From: Escherichia coli
GTDB taxonomy: Bacteria; Pseudomonadota; Gammaproteobacteria; Enterobacterales; Enterobacteriaceae
Strand: one strand, 5' to 3'
NCBI RefSeq assembly: GCF_003790525.1
Contig: NZ_CP033635.1
Length of the DNA: 64,000 nt
Below the pieces are notes generated by a model that did not search any database, had not been told where the DNA came from, and worked only from the letters and a program-made list of their open reading frames with translations. This document shows, in pieces, positions 21,178 to 32,474 of the stretch (position 1 is its first letter; each line of letters opens with the position of its first letter). The position numbers and the translations under genes are program-made.

Positions 21178-21531
21178 TTAACTACAAATATTCTTACTGT
21201 CTGCGGAACAATTTTGTCTGGCGAGGTTACGGACAATCACCTGAACCTTTTCCTGTTCGCATCGCCAGGCCTGCTCAATAATTTTCGCCGCCCATGCTGG
21301 AATATGCGGCGATAAACGGTAATGAACCCACTTTCCTTGCTTGCGGTCCAGCAATAGCCCACTTTCACGCAGTAATGCCAGATGGCGGGAGATCTTGGGC
21401 TGCGACTGATCGAGGGCAGTGCAGAGATCGCAGACGCATAACTCTCCCAGCTCGCTGAGCAGTAAAACGATGCCCAAACGGGTTTCATCGGCAAGAATTT
21501 TGAAGAGTTGGATGGGTAACAGAAATGACAT
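21178..21531 (-). CDS. arsR: arsenical resistance operon repressor ArsR
   Basis: 117-aa ORF with metal-binding ELCVCDLC motif and HTH; first gene of arsRBC. Confidence 0.95.
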   Translation of the reverse strand: MSFLLPIQLFKILADETRLGIVLLLSELGELCVCDLCTALDQSQPKISRHLALLRESGLLLDRKQGKWVHYRLSPHIPAWAAKIIEQAWRCEQEKVQVIVRNLARQNCSADSKNICS

Positions 21532-21600
21532 ATTGCGCTCCTGATTGTTGCACTTAGTGTCTCTCTTCGAAGCGGATAAGTCAAAAACATATATGGTTTA
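21532..21600 (-). promoter_or_regulatory. arsRBC promoter / ArsR operator region
   Basis: Minus-strand TTGACT (21579..21584 on plus) upstream of the arsR start; position-based, operator not delimited. Confidence 0.35.
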
Positions 21601-21683
21601 ACGAATTCGTATGTGCAGAGGAAGGTAATAGGTGTGAATTTTGAGTTGGGTATTCATTTGAAAGGAGGTCTGAATCAGGACAT

Positions 21684-21770
21684 AAAAAACCGACTTTGCG
21701 TCGGTTTTTTACTCTTCAGCCTGAGTTGGTGGCTCTGGCTGGAGTGAGAGAGCTCTTATCTAACGGTTCA
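21684..21770 (-). ncRNA. agrA: AgrA small RNA (antisense-type repeat of the dinQ locus)
   Basis: Repeat unit sharing tggctctggctggagtgaga...atctaacg with the dinQ 5' UTR, ending in an intrinsic terminator (ccgac-tttgc-gtcgg plus T-run on minus strand); ends approximate. Confidence 0.45.
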
Positions 21771-21915
21771 ATACTATTAGCCAGTGACTAACATTGCAAG
21801 AATTAGCGATTTCTTCAGCTGGCGGAGGGACAGTTTGCTATACATGGTGGTGAAAGAGGATTGATATACTTTCATCGGGTCGCTGCCGTACCAAGCCTTG
21901 TCCGAATCCGGATGT

Positions 21916-22002
21916 AAAAAAACCGACTTTGCGTCGGTTTTTTACTTTCCAGCCCTGAGTTGGTGGCTCTGGCTGGAGTGAGAATGCCATCATCTAACGC
22001 AT
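21916..22002 (-). ncRNA. agrB: AgrB small RNA (antisense regulator of dinQ)
   Basis: Second copy of the repeat, nearest dinQ and most complementary to its 5' UTR (ggagtgagaatgccatcatctaacg vs ggagtgagaatgccattatctaaca), with its own hairpin/T-run terminator; ends approximate. Confidence 0.45.
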
Positions 22003-22052
22003 CAATGCTAATACCATACTGAAACTATTGCAAGGACATGCTGGTTTTATAA

Positions 22053-22068
22053 CCTGAATATACTGTAT
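22053..22068. promoter_or_regulatory. LexA operator (SOS box) of dinQ
   Basis: CTGTATGATTATCCAG matches CTGT-N8-ACAG, about 200 nt upstream of the dinQ ORF. Confidence 0.7.
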
Positions 22069-22271
22069 GATTATCCAGTTAGCTCTGAGGCATTTTCACT
22101 CTGGCAATGCGCATAAACGCTTTCAAAGTCCTGATCAGTGGTACGGGTGGTGCCGTTAACTGATGCTCTGGCCGGAGTGAGAATGCCATTATCTAACAAT
22201 AGGGCATGCGCCGTGACAGGCAATGGATGAGTAAGCGGATGCATTCTCACTCCATCGTATGGAGAACACGG

Positions 22272-22358
22272 GTGATTGATAAAGCAATCATCGTTCTTGG
22301 GGCGTTAATTGCGCTGCTGGAACTGATCCGCTTTCTGCTTCAGCTTCTGAACTGGTAG
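22272..22358 (+). CDS. dinQ: DinQ, SOS-induced type I toxin (small inner membrane peptide)
   Basis: GTG-initiated 28-codon ORF (M)IDKAIIVLGALIALLELIRFLLQLLNW preceded by GGAG; matches the DinQ peptide as I recall it; located between arsR and gor. Confidence 0.7.
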   Translation: MIDKAIIVLGALIALLELIRFLLQLLNW

Positions 22359-22371
22359 CGGAAACGTAGCT

Positions 22372-22402
22372 AAGGGCTAAGAGCACACTACTCTTAGCCC
22401 TT
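22372..22402. terminator. bidirectional intrinsic terminator shared by dinQ and gor
   Basis: 12-bp stem aagggctaagag / ctcttagccctt with 7-nt loop, 14 nt after the dinQ stop and 7 nt after the gor stop. Confidence 0.55.
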
Positions 22403-22408
22403 TAACAT

Positions 22409-23761
22409 TTAACGCATGGTCACGAACTCTTCTGCCGCCGTCGGGTGAATGGCGACGGTATTATCGAAGTCTTTTTTGGTTGCGCCCATCTTCAGTGCCA
22501 CCGCGAAGCCCTGCAACATTTCGTCCATACCAAAACCAATGCCGTGAATTCCGACAATCTTCTCTTCCGGTCCAACGCATACCAGTTTCATGCGGCACGG
22601 CTGGCGGTGAGTGGTGACGGCGGTATACATCGCGGTGAAAGAGGATTTATACACTTTCACCTGATCGTCGCCGTACTGCTCGCGTGCCTGCGGTTCCGTT
22701 AAACCAACAGTCCCAATCGGCGGATGGCTGAAGACCACGGTCGGAATGTTGCTGTAATCCAGATGCTCATCCGGCTTGTTATTAAACAGGCGTTCAGAGA
22801 GACGGCGACCCGCAGCAACTGCCACCGGTGTCAGTTCCACTGCACCCGTGTTATCGCCCACCGCGTAAATACCTTCAACGTTGGTATTTTGATATTTATC
22901 GACGACGATATAGCCTTTTTCGTTGGTTTTTACACCAGCGGCTTCCAGGTTGATGTTGTCATTGGCAGGCTCGCGACCAATCGCCCAAATCAGGCAATCC
23001 ACCGTTTCACTGCGCCCATCTTCCAGCTCCAGCGTCAGGCTACCATCAGCATTTTTCACTACTGCTTTCGGGATGGCGTTGGTGTGCAACTGCGGGCCTT
23101 CGGCGTTCATCACTTCGACCAGCGTTTCAGAGATCATCGGGTCGAAGCTGCGCAGCGGCGCATGTTTACGCACAAACAGATGCGTTTTCGCGCCGAGGCC
23201 GTTAATCACGCCCGCCAGTTCCACGGCGATGTAACCTGCGCCAACAACCGCCACGCGCTCTGGCAAAGCAGGAAGGGCGAAGAAACCATCGGAATCAATA
23301 CCGTATTCCACGCCTGGAATATCCGGGTGGCTCGGACGACCACCGGTGGCGATCAGAATATGATCGGCCGTGATGGTTTCGCCGTTGACTTCAATGGTTT
23401 TGGCATCAACGAAGCGGGCAAAGCCTTTGATTACATCAACGTTATTTTTACCGAGCACGTTCTCATAGGAAGTATGAATACGGTCGATATAGGCGGTACG
23501 GCTGGCGATCAACGTTTCCCAGTTGAACTTATTGATGGTGGTATCGAAACCATAATCCGGGCCGTACATGTGGATCGCTTCACGGATTTGCGCCGCGTGC
23601 CACATCACTTTTTTCGGCACACAGCCAACATTTACGCAGGTGCCGCCCAGCTCTTTGGCTTCAATCAGTGCGCATTTCTGGCCGTACATAGCCGCGCGGT
23701 TGATGGAGGCGATACCGCCGCTGCCGCCGCCGATGGCGATGTAATCATAGTGTTTAGTCAT
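22409..23761 (-). CDS. gor: glutathione reductase
   Basis: 450-aa ORF, FAD motif GGGSGG, redox-active [10 protein letters not shown], sequence recognised as Gor. Confidence 0.96.
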   Translation of the reverse strand: MTKHYDYIAIGGGSGGIASINRAAMYGQKCALIEAKELGGTCVNVGCVPKKVMWHAAQIREAIHMYGPDYGFDTTINKFNWETLIASRTAYIDRIHTSYENVLGKNNVDVIKGFARFVDAKTIEVNGETITADHILIATGGRPSHPDIPGVEYGIDSDGFFALPALPERVAVVGAGYIAVELAGVINGLGAKTHLFVRKHAPLRSFDPMISETLVEVMNAEGPQLHTNAIPKAVVKNADGSLTLELEDGRSETVDCLIWAIGREPANDNINLEAAGVKTNEKGYIVVDKYQNTNVEGIYAVGDNTGAVELTPVAVAAGRRLSERLFNNKPDEHLDYSNIPTVVFSHPPIGTVGLTEPQAREQYGDDQVKVYKSSFTAMYTAVTTHRQPCRMKLVCVGPEEKIVGIHGIGFGMDEMLQGFAVALKMGATKKDFDNTVAIHPTAAEEFVTMR

Positions 23762-23832
23762 GACATATTGTCCTTATCGTTGATTACCGCGATTGTAGCG
23801 CGAGACGTAATAGGTGCCAGCAATGGCTGCAA

Positions 23833-24675
23833 TTACTCTGGCACGATCCAGCTTACGGTGGCGTGCCCGGTGCCTGCTGGAACCAGTTTGCTGTGCAGCC
23901 ACGGCAGCACGTTATTCATCTGCTGTTCCAGCTTCCACGGCGGGTTAATCACAATCATGCCGGAAGCGGTCATGCCACGGCGATCGCTGTCTGGCAGCAC
24001 CGCCAGTTCAATTTGCAGAATTTTGCGAATGCCGGTCGCTTCCAGGTCGTGGATCATGCGCTTAATTTGCTGGCGCAGCACCACTGGATACCACAATGCG
24101 TAAGTGCCAGTGGCGAAACGTTTGTAACCTTCTGCTATCCCGCTGACCACCGCCTGATAGTCGGTTTTCATTTCATACGGCGGGTCGATAAGGATTAAAC
24201 CACGGCGGGAAACCGGCGGCAGTTTGGCCTTAAGCTGCTGGAAACCATCGGCTTTTTCGACGCGCGCACGGCTGTCTTTCTGAAATTCAGAACGCAGCAA
24301 CGGGTAATCGCTCGGGTGCAGTTCGGTCAGTTGCAGGCTGTCCTGTTCACGCAGTAGCTGGCGAGCAATCAACGGCGAACCGGGGTAATAACGCAACTGA
24401 CCGCTACGGTTGAAGTGTTTTACCACATTGATGTACGCCTCCAGCTCCGCAGGCAAATCGTCCTGCTGCCAGATACGGGCGATACCTTCGAGATATTCGC
24501 CGGTACGCTCGGCATGTTCGCTGCCTAACTGATAACGCCCGGCCCCTGCGTGGGTGTCGAGATAGAGAAACGGTTTATCTTTCTCTTTCAGCGACTCGAT
24601 GATCAGGCTCTGAACGGTATGTTTAAGGACGTCGGCGTGGTTGCCAGCGTGAAAGCTGTGGCGATAACTGAGCAT
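23833..24675 (-). CDS. rlmJ: 23S rRNA m6A2030 methyltransferase RlmJ (YhiR)
   Basis: 280 aa from MLSYRHSFHAGNHADVLKH, DPPY motif (LILIDPPYE); the track ORF adds 17 upstream codons. Confidence 0.9.
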   Translation of the reverse strand: MLSYRHSFHAGNHADVLKHTVQSLIIESLKEKDKPFLYLDTHAGAGRYQLGSEHAERTGEYLEGIARIWQQDDLPAELEAYINVVKHFNRSGQLRYYPGSPLIARQLLREQDSLQLTELHPSDYPLLRSEFQKDSRARVEKADGFQQLKAKLPPVSRRGLILIDPPYEMKTDYQAVVSGIAEGYKRFATGTYALWYPVVLRQQIKRMIHDLEATGIRKILQIELAVLPDSDRRGMTASGMIVINPPWKLEQQMNNVLPWLHSKLVPAGTGHATVSWIVPE

Positions 24676-24877
24676 GGGTAAAGGTGTTCCGGTAAGTAAA
24701 AATCGGCCCGTATTCGGGGCGCACAAAAGCCTATCAGGACAGTATACCGAAAAGAGGCCGCCGCCGCGAAAGCGTAACGTTTCTCATTGAAATTCACTAC
24801 ACTTAACCCCATGCTACACACATTATGTAAAGCGCCTGTTGAGCGCTTCCTTAACCTCTTTAACCAGGACTGCGCTA

Positions 24878-26920
24878 ATGACGAATCCGTTACTGACTCC
24901 CTTTGAATTGCCTCCGTTTTCTAAAATTCTCCCGGAACATGTCGTTCCAGCCGTGACTAAGGCGCTGAACGACTGCCGCGAAAATGTGGAGCGCGTAGTA
25001 GCGCAAGGGGCACCGTACACCTGGGAAAATCTCTGCCAGCCGTTGGCGGAAGTGGACGATGTGCTGGGGCGTATCTTCTCCCCGGTCAGCCACCTGAACT
25101 CGGTGAAAAATAGCCCGGAACTGCGTGAAGCGTACGAACAAACCCTGCCGCTGCTGTCAGAATACAGCACCTGGGTAGGGCAACATGAAGGGCTGTATAA
25201 GGCATATCGCGACCTGCGCGATGGCGATCATTACGCCACGCTGAACACGGCGCAGAAAAAAGCGGTTGATAACGCACTGCGCGACTTCGAACTCTCTGGC
25301 ATCGGTCTGCCGAAAGAGAAACAGCAGCGTTACGGCGAAATTGCTACCCGTCTTTCTGAACTGGGCAACCAGTACAGCAACAACGTCCTCGATGCGACGA
25401 TGGGCTGGACCAAACTCGTTACCGACGAAGCGGAGCTGGCGGGGATGCCAGAAAGCGCGCTGGCTGCGGCAAAAGCCCAGGCCGAAGCGAAAGAGCTGGA
25501 AGGTTATTTGCTGACGCTGGATATCCCAAGCTACTTGCCGGTAATGACCTACTGCGACAACCAGGCTCTGCGTGAAGAGATGTATCGTGCTTACAGCACC
25601 CGCGCTTCCGATCAAGGCCCGAACGCCGGTAAGTGGGACAACAGCAAGGTGATGGAAGAGATCCTCGCGCTGCGTCACGAACTGGCGCAACTGCTGGGCT
25701 TTGAAAACTATGCCTTTAAATCCCTTGCTACTAAAATGGCAGAAAACCCGCAGCAGGTGCTGGATTTCTTAACCGATCTGGCAAAACGCGCGCGTCCACA
25801 AGGCGAAAAAGAGCTGGCGCAACTGCGTGCCTTCGCCAAAGCCGAATTTGGCGTCGATGAGTTGCAGCCGTGGGATATCGCTTACTACAGCGAAAAACAG
25901 AAACAGCACCTCTACAGCATCAGCGATGAACAACTGCGTCCGTACTTCCCGGAAAACAAAGCGGTTAACGGCCTGTTTGAAGTGGTGAAACGTATTTACG
26001 GCATCACCGCTAAAGAGCGTAAAGATGTTGATGTCTGGCATCCGGATGTACGTTTCTTCGAACTGTATGACGAGAACAACGAACTGCGCGGCAGCTTCTA
26101 CCTCGACCTGTATGCCCGTGAAAACAAACGCGGCGGGGCGTGGATGGATGACTGCGTAGGCCAGATGCGTAAAGCCGACGGTTCGCTGCAAAAACCGGTC
26201 GCGTATCTGACCTGCAACTTCAACCGCCCGGTAAATGGTAAACCGGCGCTGTTTACCCATGACGAAGTGATCACCCTGTTCCACGAGTTCGGTCACGGCC
26301 TGCATCATATGCTGACCCGCATTGAAACCGCTGGAGTGTCTGGTATCAGCGGGGTGCCGTGGGATGCGGTCGAACTGCCGAGCCAGTTTATGGAAAACTG
26401 GTGCTGGGAGCCGGAGGCGCTGGCGTTTATCTCCGGTCACTATGAAACCGGCGAACCGCTGCCGAAAGAGTTGCTGGATAAAATGCTGGCGGCGAAGAAC
26501 TACCAGGCGGCGCTGTTTATTCTGCGCCAGCTGGAGTTCGGTCTGTTCGATTTCCGCCTCCATGCCGAGTTCCGCCCGGATCAGGGAGCGAAAATCCTCG
26601 AAACTCTGGCAGAAATCAAGAAACTGGTTGCCGTAGTACCGTCTCCATCCTGGGGCCGTTTCCCGCACGCTTTCAGCCATATTTTCGCCGGTGGTTATGC
26701 CGCAGGTTACTACAGCTACCTGTGGGCCGACGTGCTGGCGGCAGATGCCTTCTCGCGCTTTGAGGAAGAGGGCATTTTCAACCGTGAAACCGGACAGTCG
26801 TTCCTCGACAACATTCTGAGCCGTGGCGGTTCAGAAGAGCCGATGGATCTGTTCAAACGCTTCCGTGGTCGTGAACCGCAGCTGGATGCGATGCTGGAGC
26901 ATTACGGCATTAAGGGCTGA
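24878..26920 (+). CDS. prlC: oligopeptidase A
   Basis: 680 aa from [14 protein letters not shown]; zinc motif [10 protein letters not shown]3-family peptidase recognised as PrlC/OpdA. Confidence 0.95.
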   Translation: MTNPLLTPFELPPFSKILPEHVVPAVTKALNDCRENVERVVAQGAPYTWENLCQPLAEVDDVLGRIFSPVSHLNSVKNSPELREAYEQTLPLLSEYSTWVGQHEGLYKAYRDLRDGDHYATLNTAQKKAVDNALRDFELSGIGLPKEKQQRYGEIATRLSELGNQYSNNVLDATMGWTKLVTDEAELAGMPESALAAAKAQAEAKELEGYLLTLDIPSYLPVMTYCDNQALREEMYRAYSTRASDQGPNAGKWDNSKVMEEILALRHELAQLLGFENYAFKSLATKMAENPQQVLDFLTDLAKRARPQGEKELAQLRAFAKAEFGVDELQPWDIAYYSEKQKQHLYSISDEQLRPYFPENKAVNGLFEVVKRIYGITAKERKDVDVWHPDVRFFELYDENNELRGSFYLDLYARENKRGGAWMDDCVGQMRKADGSLQKPVAYLTCNFNRPVNGKPALFTHDEVITLFHEFGHGLHHMLTRIETAGVSGISGVPWDAVELPSQFMENWCWEPEALAFISGHYETGEPLPKELLDKMLAAKNYQAALFILRQLEFGLFDFRLHAEFRPDQGAKILETLAEIKKLVAVVPSPSWGRFPHAFSHIFAGGYAAGYYSYLWADVLAADAFSRFEEEGIFNRETGQSFLDNILSRGGSEEPMDLFKRFRGREPQLDAMLEHYGIKG

Positions 26921-26927
26921 TCATTCA

Positions 26928-27680
26928 GTGAAAATCTGCTTAATTGATGAAACAGGCACCGGAGACGGTGCCTTATCTGTTCTGGCGGCCCGCTGGGGGC
27001 TGGAGCACGATGAAGACAACCTGATGGCGCTGGTGTTAACGCCGGAACATCTGGAATTGCGCAAGCGTGATGAGCCGAAACTTGGCGGCATCTTTGTTGA
27101 TTTTGTTGGCGGAGCGATGGCGCACCGACGCAAATTCGGCGGCGGACGTGGGGAGGCAGTGGCGAAAGCGGTGGGCATTAAAGGCGATTATTTGCCGGAT
27201 GTGGTGGATGCCACTGCAGGACTTGGGCGCGATGCCTTTGTGCTGGCTTCAGTCGGCTGCCGCGTGCGGATGCTGGAGCGTAATCCAGTCGTTGCTGCAT
27301 TGCTCGACGACGGCCTGGCGCGTGGTTATGCGGATGCGGAAATCGGCGGCTGGTTGCAGGAGCGTTTGCAGTTAATTCACGCCTCCAGCCTGACGGCGCT
27401 GACTGATATTACTCCGCGCCCGCAGGTGGTCTATCTCGATCCGATGTTCCCGCATAAGCAGAAAAGCGCGCTGGTGAAAAAAGAGATGCGCGTCTTTCAG
27501 TCGCTGGTGGGACCGGATCTTGATGCCGATGGATTACTGGAGCCTGCACGCTTGTTGGCGACCAAACGCGTGGTGGTAAAGCGCCCGGACTACGCGCCAC
27601 CGCTGGCGAATGTCGCCACGCCAAACGCGGTAGTCACCAAAGGGCATCGCTTTGATATTTATGCCGGAACGCCGGTGTAA
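26928..27680 (+). CDS. rsmJ: 16S rRNA m2G1516 methyltransferase RsmJ (YhiQ)
   Basis: GTG start at 26928 ([18 protein letters not shown]), 250 aa, 7 nt after the prlC stop; recognised as RsmJ. Confidence 0.85.
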   Translation: MKICLIDETGTGDGALSVLAARWGLEHDEDNLMALVLTPEHLELRKRDEPKLGGIFVDFVGGAMAHRRKFGGGRGEAVAKAVGIKGDYLPDVVDATAGLGRDAFVLASVGCRVRMLERNPVVAALLDDGLARGYADAEIGGWLQERLQLIHASSLTALTDITPRPQVVYLDPMFPHKQKSALVKKEMRVFQSLVGPDLDADGLLEPARLLATKRVVVKRPDYAPPLANVATPNAVVTKGHRFDIYAGTPV

Positions 27681-27684
27681 AAGT

Positions 27685-27716
27685 AAAGCAGGGTAGCGTT
27701 ATCGCTACCCTGCTTT
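27685..27716. terminator. bidirectional terminator between rsmJ and dtpB
   Basis: 14-bp stem aaagcagggtagcg / cgctaccctgcttt with 4-nt loop between convergent stops. Confidence 0.55.
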
Positions 27717-27728
27717 CTGCAAGAATAA

Positions 27729-29198
27729 TTAATGGCTTTCGGGTGTCGCAATCATGCGTTTCAGCCACGGCACCATCAGCAGCATCACCACCGCAACGCC
27801 CAGCGTAACCAGGCCAATCTTACCAAACACGTTGGTATAGACGGGCAACGTCTCAAGCGGATCGGTAATGTTGTCTGGTACTGCGGTAAATGTTGCCACA
27901 TAGCCGCCCAGCAAGAACGCGGCAGCCTGCGTCAGGAACCACATCCCGAGAATAAAGCCCATCAAATGCTGCGGCACCAGGGCAGCAATCATCGCCAGGC
28001 CCAGGGCGCTAATAAACAGTTCACCCAGGCTCTGGAATAAGTACACCAGCACGATAAACCATGGCGATGTCAGCCCCTGGGCATCCGCAAACCACATTCC
28101 AGCCGCTGCAGCCGTCAAAAAGCCCAGCGAGCACATAAACATTCCGAGAGTAAATTTCATCGGCATCGAGAGGTCTTTGCCTTTGTTACCCAGATGCGTG
28201 TAAATGCCTGCCAGTATTGGGCTGGCGAGTACCACCCAGAACGGGTTAAGCGCCTGGAAGCTGACCGGGTTGATGGAAAAGCCGAGAATTTCATGATGCA
28301 CGTTGTTGATGGCAAAGAAGTTCAGCGACGTTGGCATCTGGGCGTAGAGAATGTAAAACACCACCGCTTCGAGCATCAGGACAAAGGCGACAAACATTTT
28401 ATTGCGCCCAGTTTTATCCAGCTTGAATGCCTGACGAAAGAAAATGATGGTGACGACGATGGAGAGAACAATCAGCACCAGATTGGCGACTTCTACGTTG
28501 TGCATCAGCCATGCACAGACGAAGATCATCACCACGCTGCCAAGTAACACGTACAACAGTTTACTGAAGCTCATCGGGCAGAAGTCGGGTTCAGAACCAA
28601 TATCTTTCACCATTCCGCGACAGGCGATGTAAACCAATAGCGCGATAATTAATCCCGCACCGCACAGGTTGTAGGTGACTGAATAGCCGAATCTATCAGC
28701 GATCACAGGGGCCAGCGATAACGCTATCAACGAGCCGATGTTGATCGACATATAGAACAGGGTAAATGCGCCATCAAGCCGCGGATCTTTCGGCGGATAG
28801 CACTTCGAAAGCAAGCTGGCTGGGTTAGCTTTAAACAGGCCGTTACCGACAGCGATAGTCCCCAGGGCGATGAAAATCAGGTCAGGCTTAAGTAGCGACA
28901 GGCCGGTCATGAAGTAGCCAATCGCCAGCACAAGTGCTCCGAGAACAATGGTGCGTTTGGTCCCCAGCAGGTGGTCGCCGACATAGCCGCCAATGGAAAT
29001 GAGGCCATAGACCAGCGCAGCAAAAGCACCAAAAGTGACAAAAGCCTGTTCTTGCGAGAATCCAAGCTGCTTAACGAAGAAAACAGCCAGTACGCCCTGC
29101 ACGCCGTAGTAGCCGAATCGCTCCCATAACTCGACAAAAAAGATCATGAAAAATGGGCGAGGTTGCTGCAGCATCCCCATGGGTGTTGTTGTATTCAT
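27729..29198 (-). CDS. dtpB: dipeptide/tripeptide:H+ symporter DtpB (YhiP)
   Basis: 489-aa POT-family MFS transporter ([10 protein letters not shown] motif) recognised as DtpB. Confidence 0.93.
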   Translation of the reverse strand: MNTTTPMGMLQQPRPFFMIFFVELWERFGYYGVQGVLAVFFVKQLGFSQEQAFVTFGAFAALVYGLISIGGYVGDHLLGTKRTIVLGALVLAIGYFMTGLSLLKPDLIFIALGTIAVGNGLFKANPASLLSKCYPPKDPRLDGAFTLFYMSINIGSLIALSLAPVIADRFGYSVTYNLCGAGLIIALLVYIACRGMVKDIGSEPDFCPMSFSKLLYVLLGSVVMIFVCAWLMHNVEVANLVLIVLSIVVTIIFFRQAFKLDKTGRNKMFVAFVLMLEAVVFYILYAQMPTSLNFFAINNVHHEILGFSINPVSFQALNPFWVVLASPILAGIYTHLGNKGKDLSMPMKFTLGMFMCSLGFLTAAAAGMWFADAQGLTSPWFIVLVYLFQSLGELFISALGLAMIAALVPQHLMGFILGMWFLTQAAAFLLGGYVATFTAVPDNITDPLETLPVYTNVFGKIGLVTLGVAVVMLLMVPWLKRMIATPESH

Positions 29199-29460
29199 AT
29201 TTATTAACCTTCCAATACCATCCTGAAAAGTATGAACGCGTAAGGGATAACGCGCGAAAAAGTTTACATCTGTCAGAGATTCTTAATATTGATGCTGTGA
29301 ATAGATTAATACACTATTACAACAGAAAATAACCAGCTGATCACACTAATGATGGAAAGTATGATGGTGTTAAATGTTGTATTGGCAGGGGATTTTGATT
29401 GCGTACGCAGACCGTAGGCCAGATAAGGTGTTTACGCTGCAAGGTAACAAGGCGCGCCAA

Positions 29461-29489
29461 AAAGCAAAACGCCCGCATATGCGGGCGTT
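29461..29489 (-). terminator. intrinsic terminator of uspA
   Basis: GC-rich palindrome aacgcccgc-atat-gcgggcgtt followed on the minus strand by a T-rich run, 25 nt after the uspA stop. Confidence 0.6.
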
Positions 29490-29513
29490 CAGGAACACGT
29501 CGTAGAGGGAAGA

Positions 29514-29948
29514 TTATTCTTCTTCGTCGCGTAGCGGAACAATCAGCATATCAACGTGAACGGTGTTGATCAGCTGACGTGCGGAAGACATCAGTTTGCT
29601 CCAGAAGTCCTGGTGGTGACCACAAACCACCAGATCCATATCGTATTTCTTGATTGCATCGACCAGAACCTGGCCCAGATCGCCGCTGCCGCTCAGGGTT
29701 TCAGTGATTGGGTAGCCTGCATTAGTGGAAAGCTCGGTCAGCGCATGATGTGTCTCTTCAGAGATGCGTTTCTGCATATCACCCAGATTCACATCAATAA
29801 GCCCGGTGTATAGGTCAGAGTAGTTTACATCTACGTGGATCAGAGAAACTTTCGCATTGTAGGGGCGAGCCATAGAGACTGCTTTCTCTACCAGAACTTT
29901 GCTTTCCGGGGAGAGGTCGACCGCGATGAGAATGTGTTTATAAGCCAT
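29514..29948 (-). CDS. uspA: universal stress protein A
   Basis: 144-aa [22 protein letters not shown]..., recognised as UspA. Confidence 0.96.
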
Positions 29949-30337
29949 AGTGTTACTCCTTCCATAAAGTTGTCGATGACTGGCCAGCTAGCGTTTCTTG
30001 TGCCGTTACGTCACCCGCGTCCTGCGAACTACGTGCGCGGGGCTAACCCAGCCGTAAAGATTCAGTGTTAAGACCATCCTTACCTTATAGCGACCCGGAT
30101 GATCCGTCAATCCGCCTTGCTTACTCGTTAGATAAACAAATTTTCGACATGAATATATTGATAGTGGTTAACCTTCTGGAAAAAAAACAACCTGATCTCC
30201 TACACTATCTATAGGCCGCTCGGATGTTGGTCACCACAAAAGCGGTTTCTCCAGGACCTGGTGTTAACTGATTGGCAGCGTATCGGGAGCGGTAGCCCCG
30301 GGGTGGAACTCCGCGGGCAGGTCGCCGGGGAGGAGGT

Positions 30338-30673
30338 ATGATAAGCACCGTCGCATTATTTTGGGCTTTATGTGTCGTTTGCATTGTTAACATGGCGCGC
30401 TATTTCTCATCACTACGCGCGTTGTTAGTGGTACTGCGTAACTGCGATCCATTGCTCTATCAATATGTTGATGGAGGGGGCTTTTTTACCTCACATGGCC
30501 AACCCAACAAACAGGTGCGTCTCGTTTGGTATATCTATGCCCAACGTTATCGCGATCATCACGATGATGAGTTTATTCGCCGCTGTGAGCGGGTGCGTCG
30601 GCAGTTTATTCTGACCAGCGCATTGTGTGGTCTGGTGGTGGTCAGCCTGATTGCATTGATGATTTGGCATTAA
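30338..30673 (+). CDS. uspB: universal stress protein B (small membrane protein)
   Basis: 111-aa two-TM ORF divergent from uspA, recognised as UspB. Confidence 0.95.
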
Positions 30674-30743
30674 GCACTTCAGCAATAATGACGCATAAAA
30701 AAAGCGGGCCAGTAAACTGACCCGCTCGTTTTGGTGCGTACGA

Positions 30744-32243
30744 TTACAGGAACTGCAAGGAGAGCCAGTACAGCCCGCCGGAAAGCAGTACCGCAGCCGG
30801 AAGGGTAAATACCCAGGCCATCAGAATACTGGTTACGGTTTTACGCTGTAAGCCGCCGCCATCTACCACCATCGTCCCCGCGACAGAAGAGGAGAGTACG
30901 TGGGTAGTGGAAACCGGCATCCCGGTATAACTCGCCAGGCCGATAGACACTGCCGCCGTCATCTGGGCAGACATCCCCTGAGCGTAGGTCATGCCTTTCT
31001 TACCGATTTTCTCACCGATAGTCGTTGCCACACGACGCCAGCCAATCATCGTACCGATACCTAACGCCAGCGCGACCGCCATGATGATCCACACCGGCGC
31101 ATACTCGATGGTGCTAAGCATGTCGGACTTCAGTTTCTTCAACAGACGCTGATCGTCAGCACTCACACCAGGCATCTTCACCACTTTATCGATAGTGTCA
31201 GAAACGCACAGCATAATGCGGCGCATCTGGCTACGTTGATCAAGCGACAGCTTATCGTAGCTTTCCACATCGGTAGTCAACATGCCTTTCAGGCGGTTGA
31301 GCGCGTTAATGGTATTCGACGGATGGCAATGGAACTCCGCAGGTTGCGTTGCGCCAGCTTCCGGAGCCGGTACTAACTGATCAGCACTGGTAGCCTGTTT
31401 CAGCAGCGCAGGGTGCTGCTCAAAGTAAGCTTCCACGTTGTTGATGGCATCACGGGTACGGGTGATTTCGTAGCCCGTGGCATTCATGTTCACCACGAAG
31501 CCTGCTGGTGCGACGCCAATCAATACCAACATAACCAGACCAATACCTTTCTGACCATCGTTCGCGCCGTGCGAAAACGCCACGCCGATAGCGGAAAGGA
31601 TCAGCGCAATACGCGTCCAGAACGGCGGCTTTTTCTTGCCGTCTTTCTTTTCACGCTCCGCTGGGGTCAGGTGGATACGGGCGCGTTTCTTGGTGCCGCT
31701 CCAGTAGCGACGCAGCAAGAAAATCAGACCGCCAGCAAACACCAGGCCGACAATAGGGGAAACGATCAGAGAACCGAAAATACTTAATACTTTCGGGATA
31801 TTGAGTGCATCCACCACTGACGTCCCGGTCATCAACGCATTGGTTAAACCAATCCCGATGATCGCGCCAATCAGCGTATGAGAGCTGGATGCAGGTAAAC
31901 CAAAGTACCAGGTACCCAGGTTCCAGATAATCGCCGCCAGCAACATAGAGAACACCATGGCAAGGCCATGAGACGATCCCATATTAAGCAGCAGATCCGT
32001 CGGCAGCATATGCACAATGGCATAGGCAACACTCAGACCACCCAGCAAAACACCCAAAAAGTTGAACACCGCCGCCATAACCACGGCGAGCTGAGAACGC
32101 ATCGCGCGGGTATAGATAACGGTTGCCACGGCGTTGGCTGTGTCATGGAAACCATTGATGGCTTCGTAGAACAGCACAAAAGCCAGTGCAAGCAATAATA
32201 ACAGCCCGGTATGCAAATCCAGGCCAGCAAACAAATGTAGCAT
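30744..32243 (-). CDS. pitA: low-affinity inorganic phosphate transporter PitA
   Basis: 499-aa ORF with PiT-family repeats ([13 protein letters not shown] ... [10 protein letters not shown]), recognised as PitA. Confidence 0.95.
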   Translation of the reverse strand: MLHLFAGLDLHTGLLLLLALAFVLFYEAINGFHDTANAVATVIYTRAMRSQLAVVMAAVFNFLGVLLGGLSVAYAIVHMLPTDLLLNMGSSHGLAMVFSMLLAAIIWNLGTWYFGLPASSSHTLIGAIIGIGLTNALMTGTSVVDALNIPKVLSIFGSLIVSPIVGLVFAGGLIFLLRRYWSGTKKRARIHLTPAEREKKDGKKKPPFWTRIALILSAIGVAFSHGANDGQKGIGLVMLVLIGVAPAGFVVNMNATGYEITRTRDAINNVEAYFEQHPALLKQATSADQLVPAPEAGATQPAEFHCHPSNTINALNRLKGMLTTDVESYDKLSLDQRSQMRRIMLCVSDTIDKVVKMPGVSADDQRLLKKLKSDMLSTIEYAPVWIIMAVALALGIGTMIGWRRVATTIGEKIGKKGMTYAQGMSAQMTAAVSIGLASYTGMPVSTTHVLSSSVAGTMVVDGGGLQRKTVTSILMAWVFTLPAAVLLSGGLYWLSLQFL

Positions 32244-32474
32244 AGGACGTTACGCCATTTTGAGGACATGAACGCGGCGCATTATCAGTGACTTTCGCGG
32301 CGCGGGCAAAGTGAAATATAGACTTTTTTTGATTTGCCTCCTGTATGGATTTCACTCAAAAAATAATTATCTTATATAATTCAGGCAAATACTTCCTTTT
32401 AGTAATATTGATGCTGGTGCGACCACTGAGGAATCTTTACAATTCACGCCCGTTTTTTCTTAGAGGAGCGCAAC

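Noticed and set aside
22724-24103. 459-aa plus-strand ORF
   Set aside because: Lies antisense across gor and rlmJ, whose minus-strand frames encode well-recognised proteins; long antisense ORFs are common in GC-rich coding DNA; Ala/Arg-rich low-complexity translation
25769-26680. 303-aa minus-strand ORF
   Set aside because: Antisense within prlC; no SD; Arg/Gln-rich translation typical of a shadow ORF
29395-29450. Possible degenerate REP sequence downstream of dtpB/uspA
   Set aside because: Only partial similarity (gtaggccagataaggtgtttacgc) to the REP consensus; too degenerate to call
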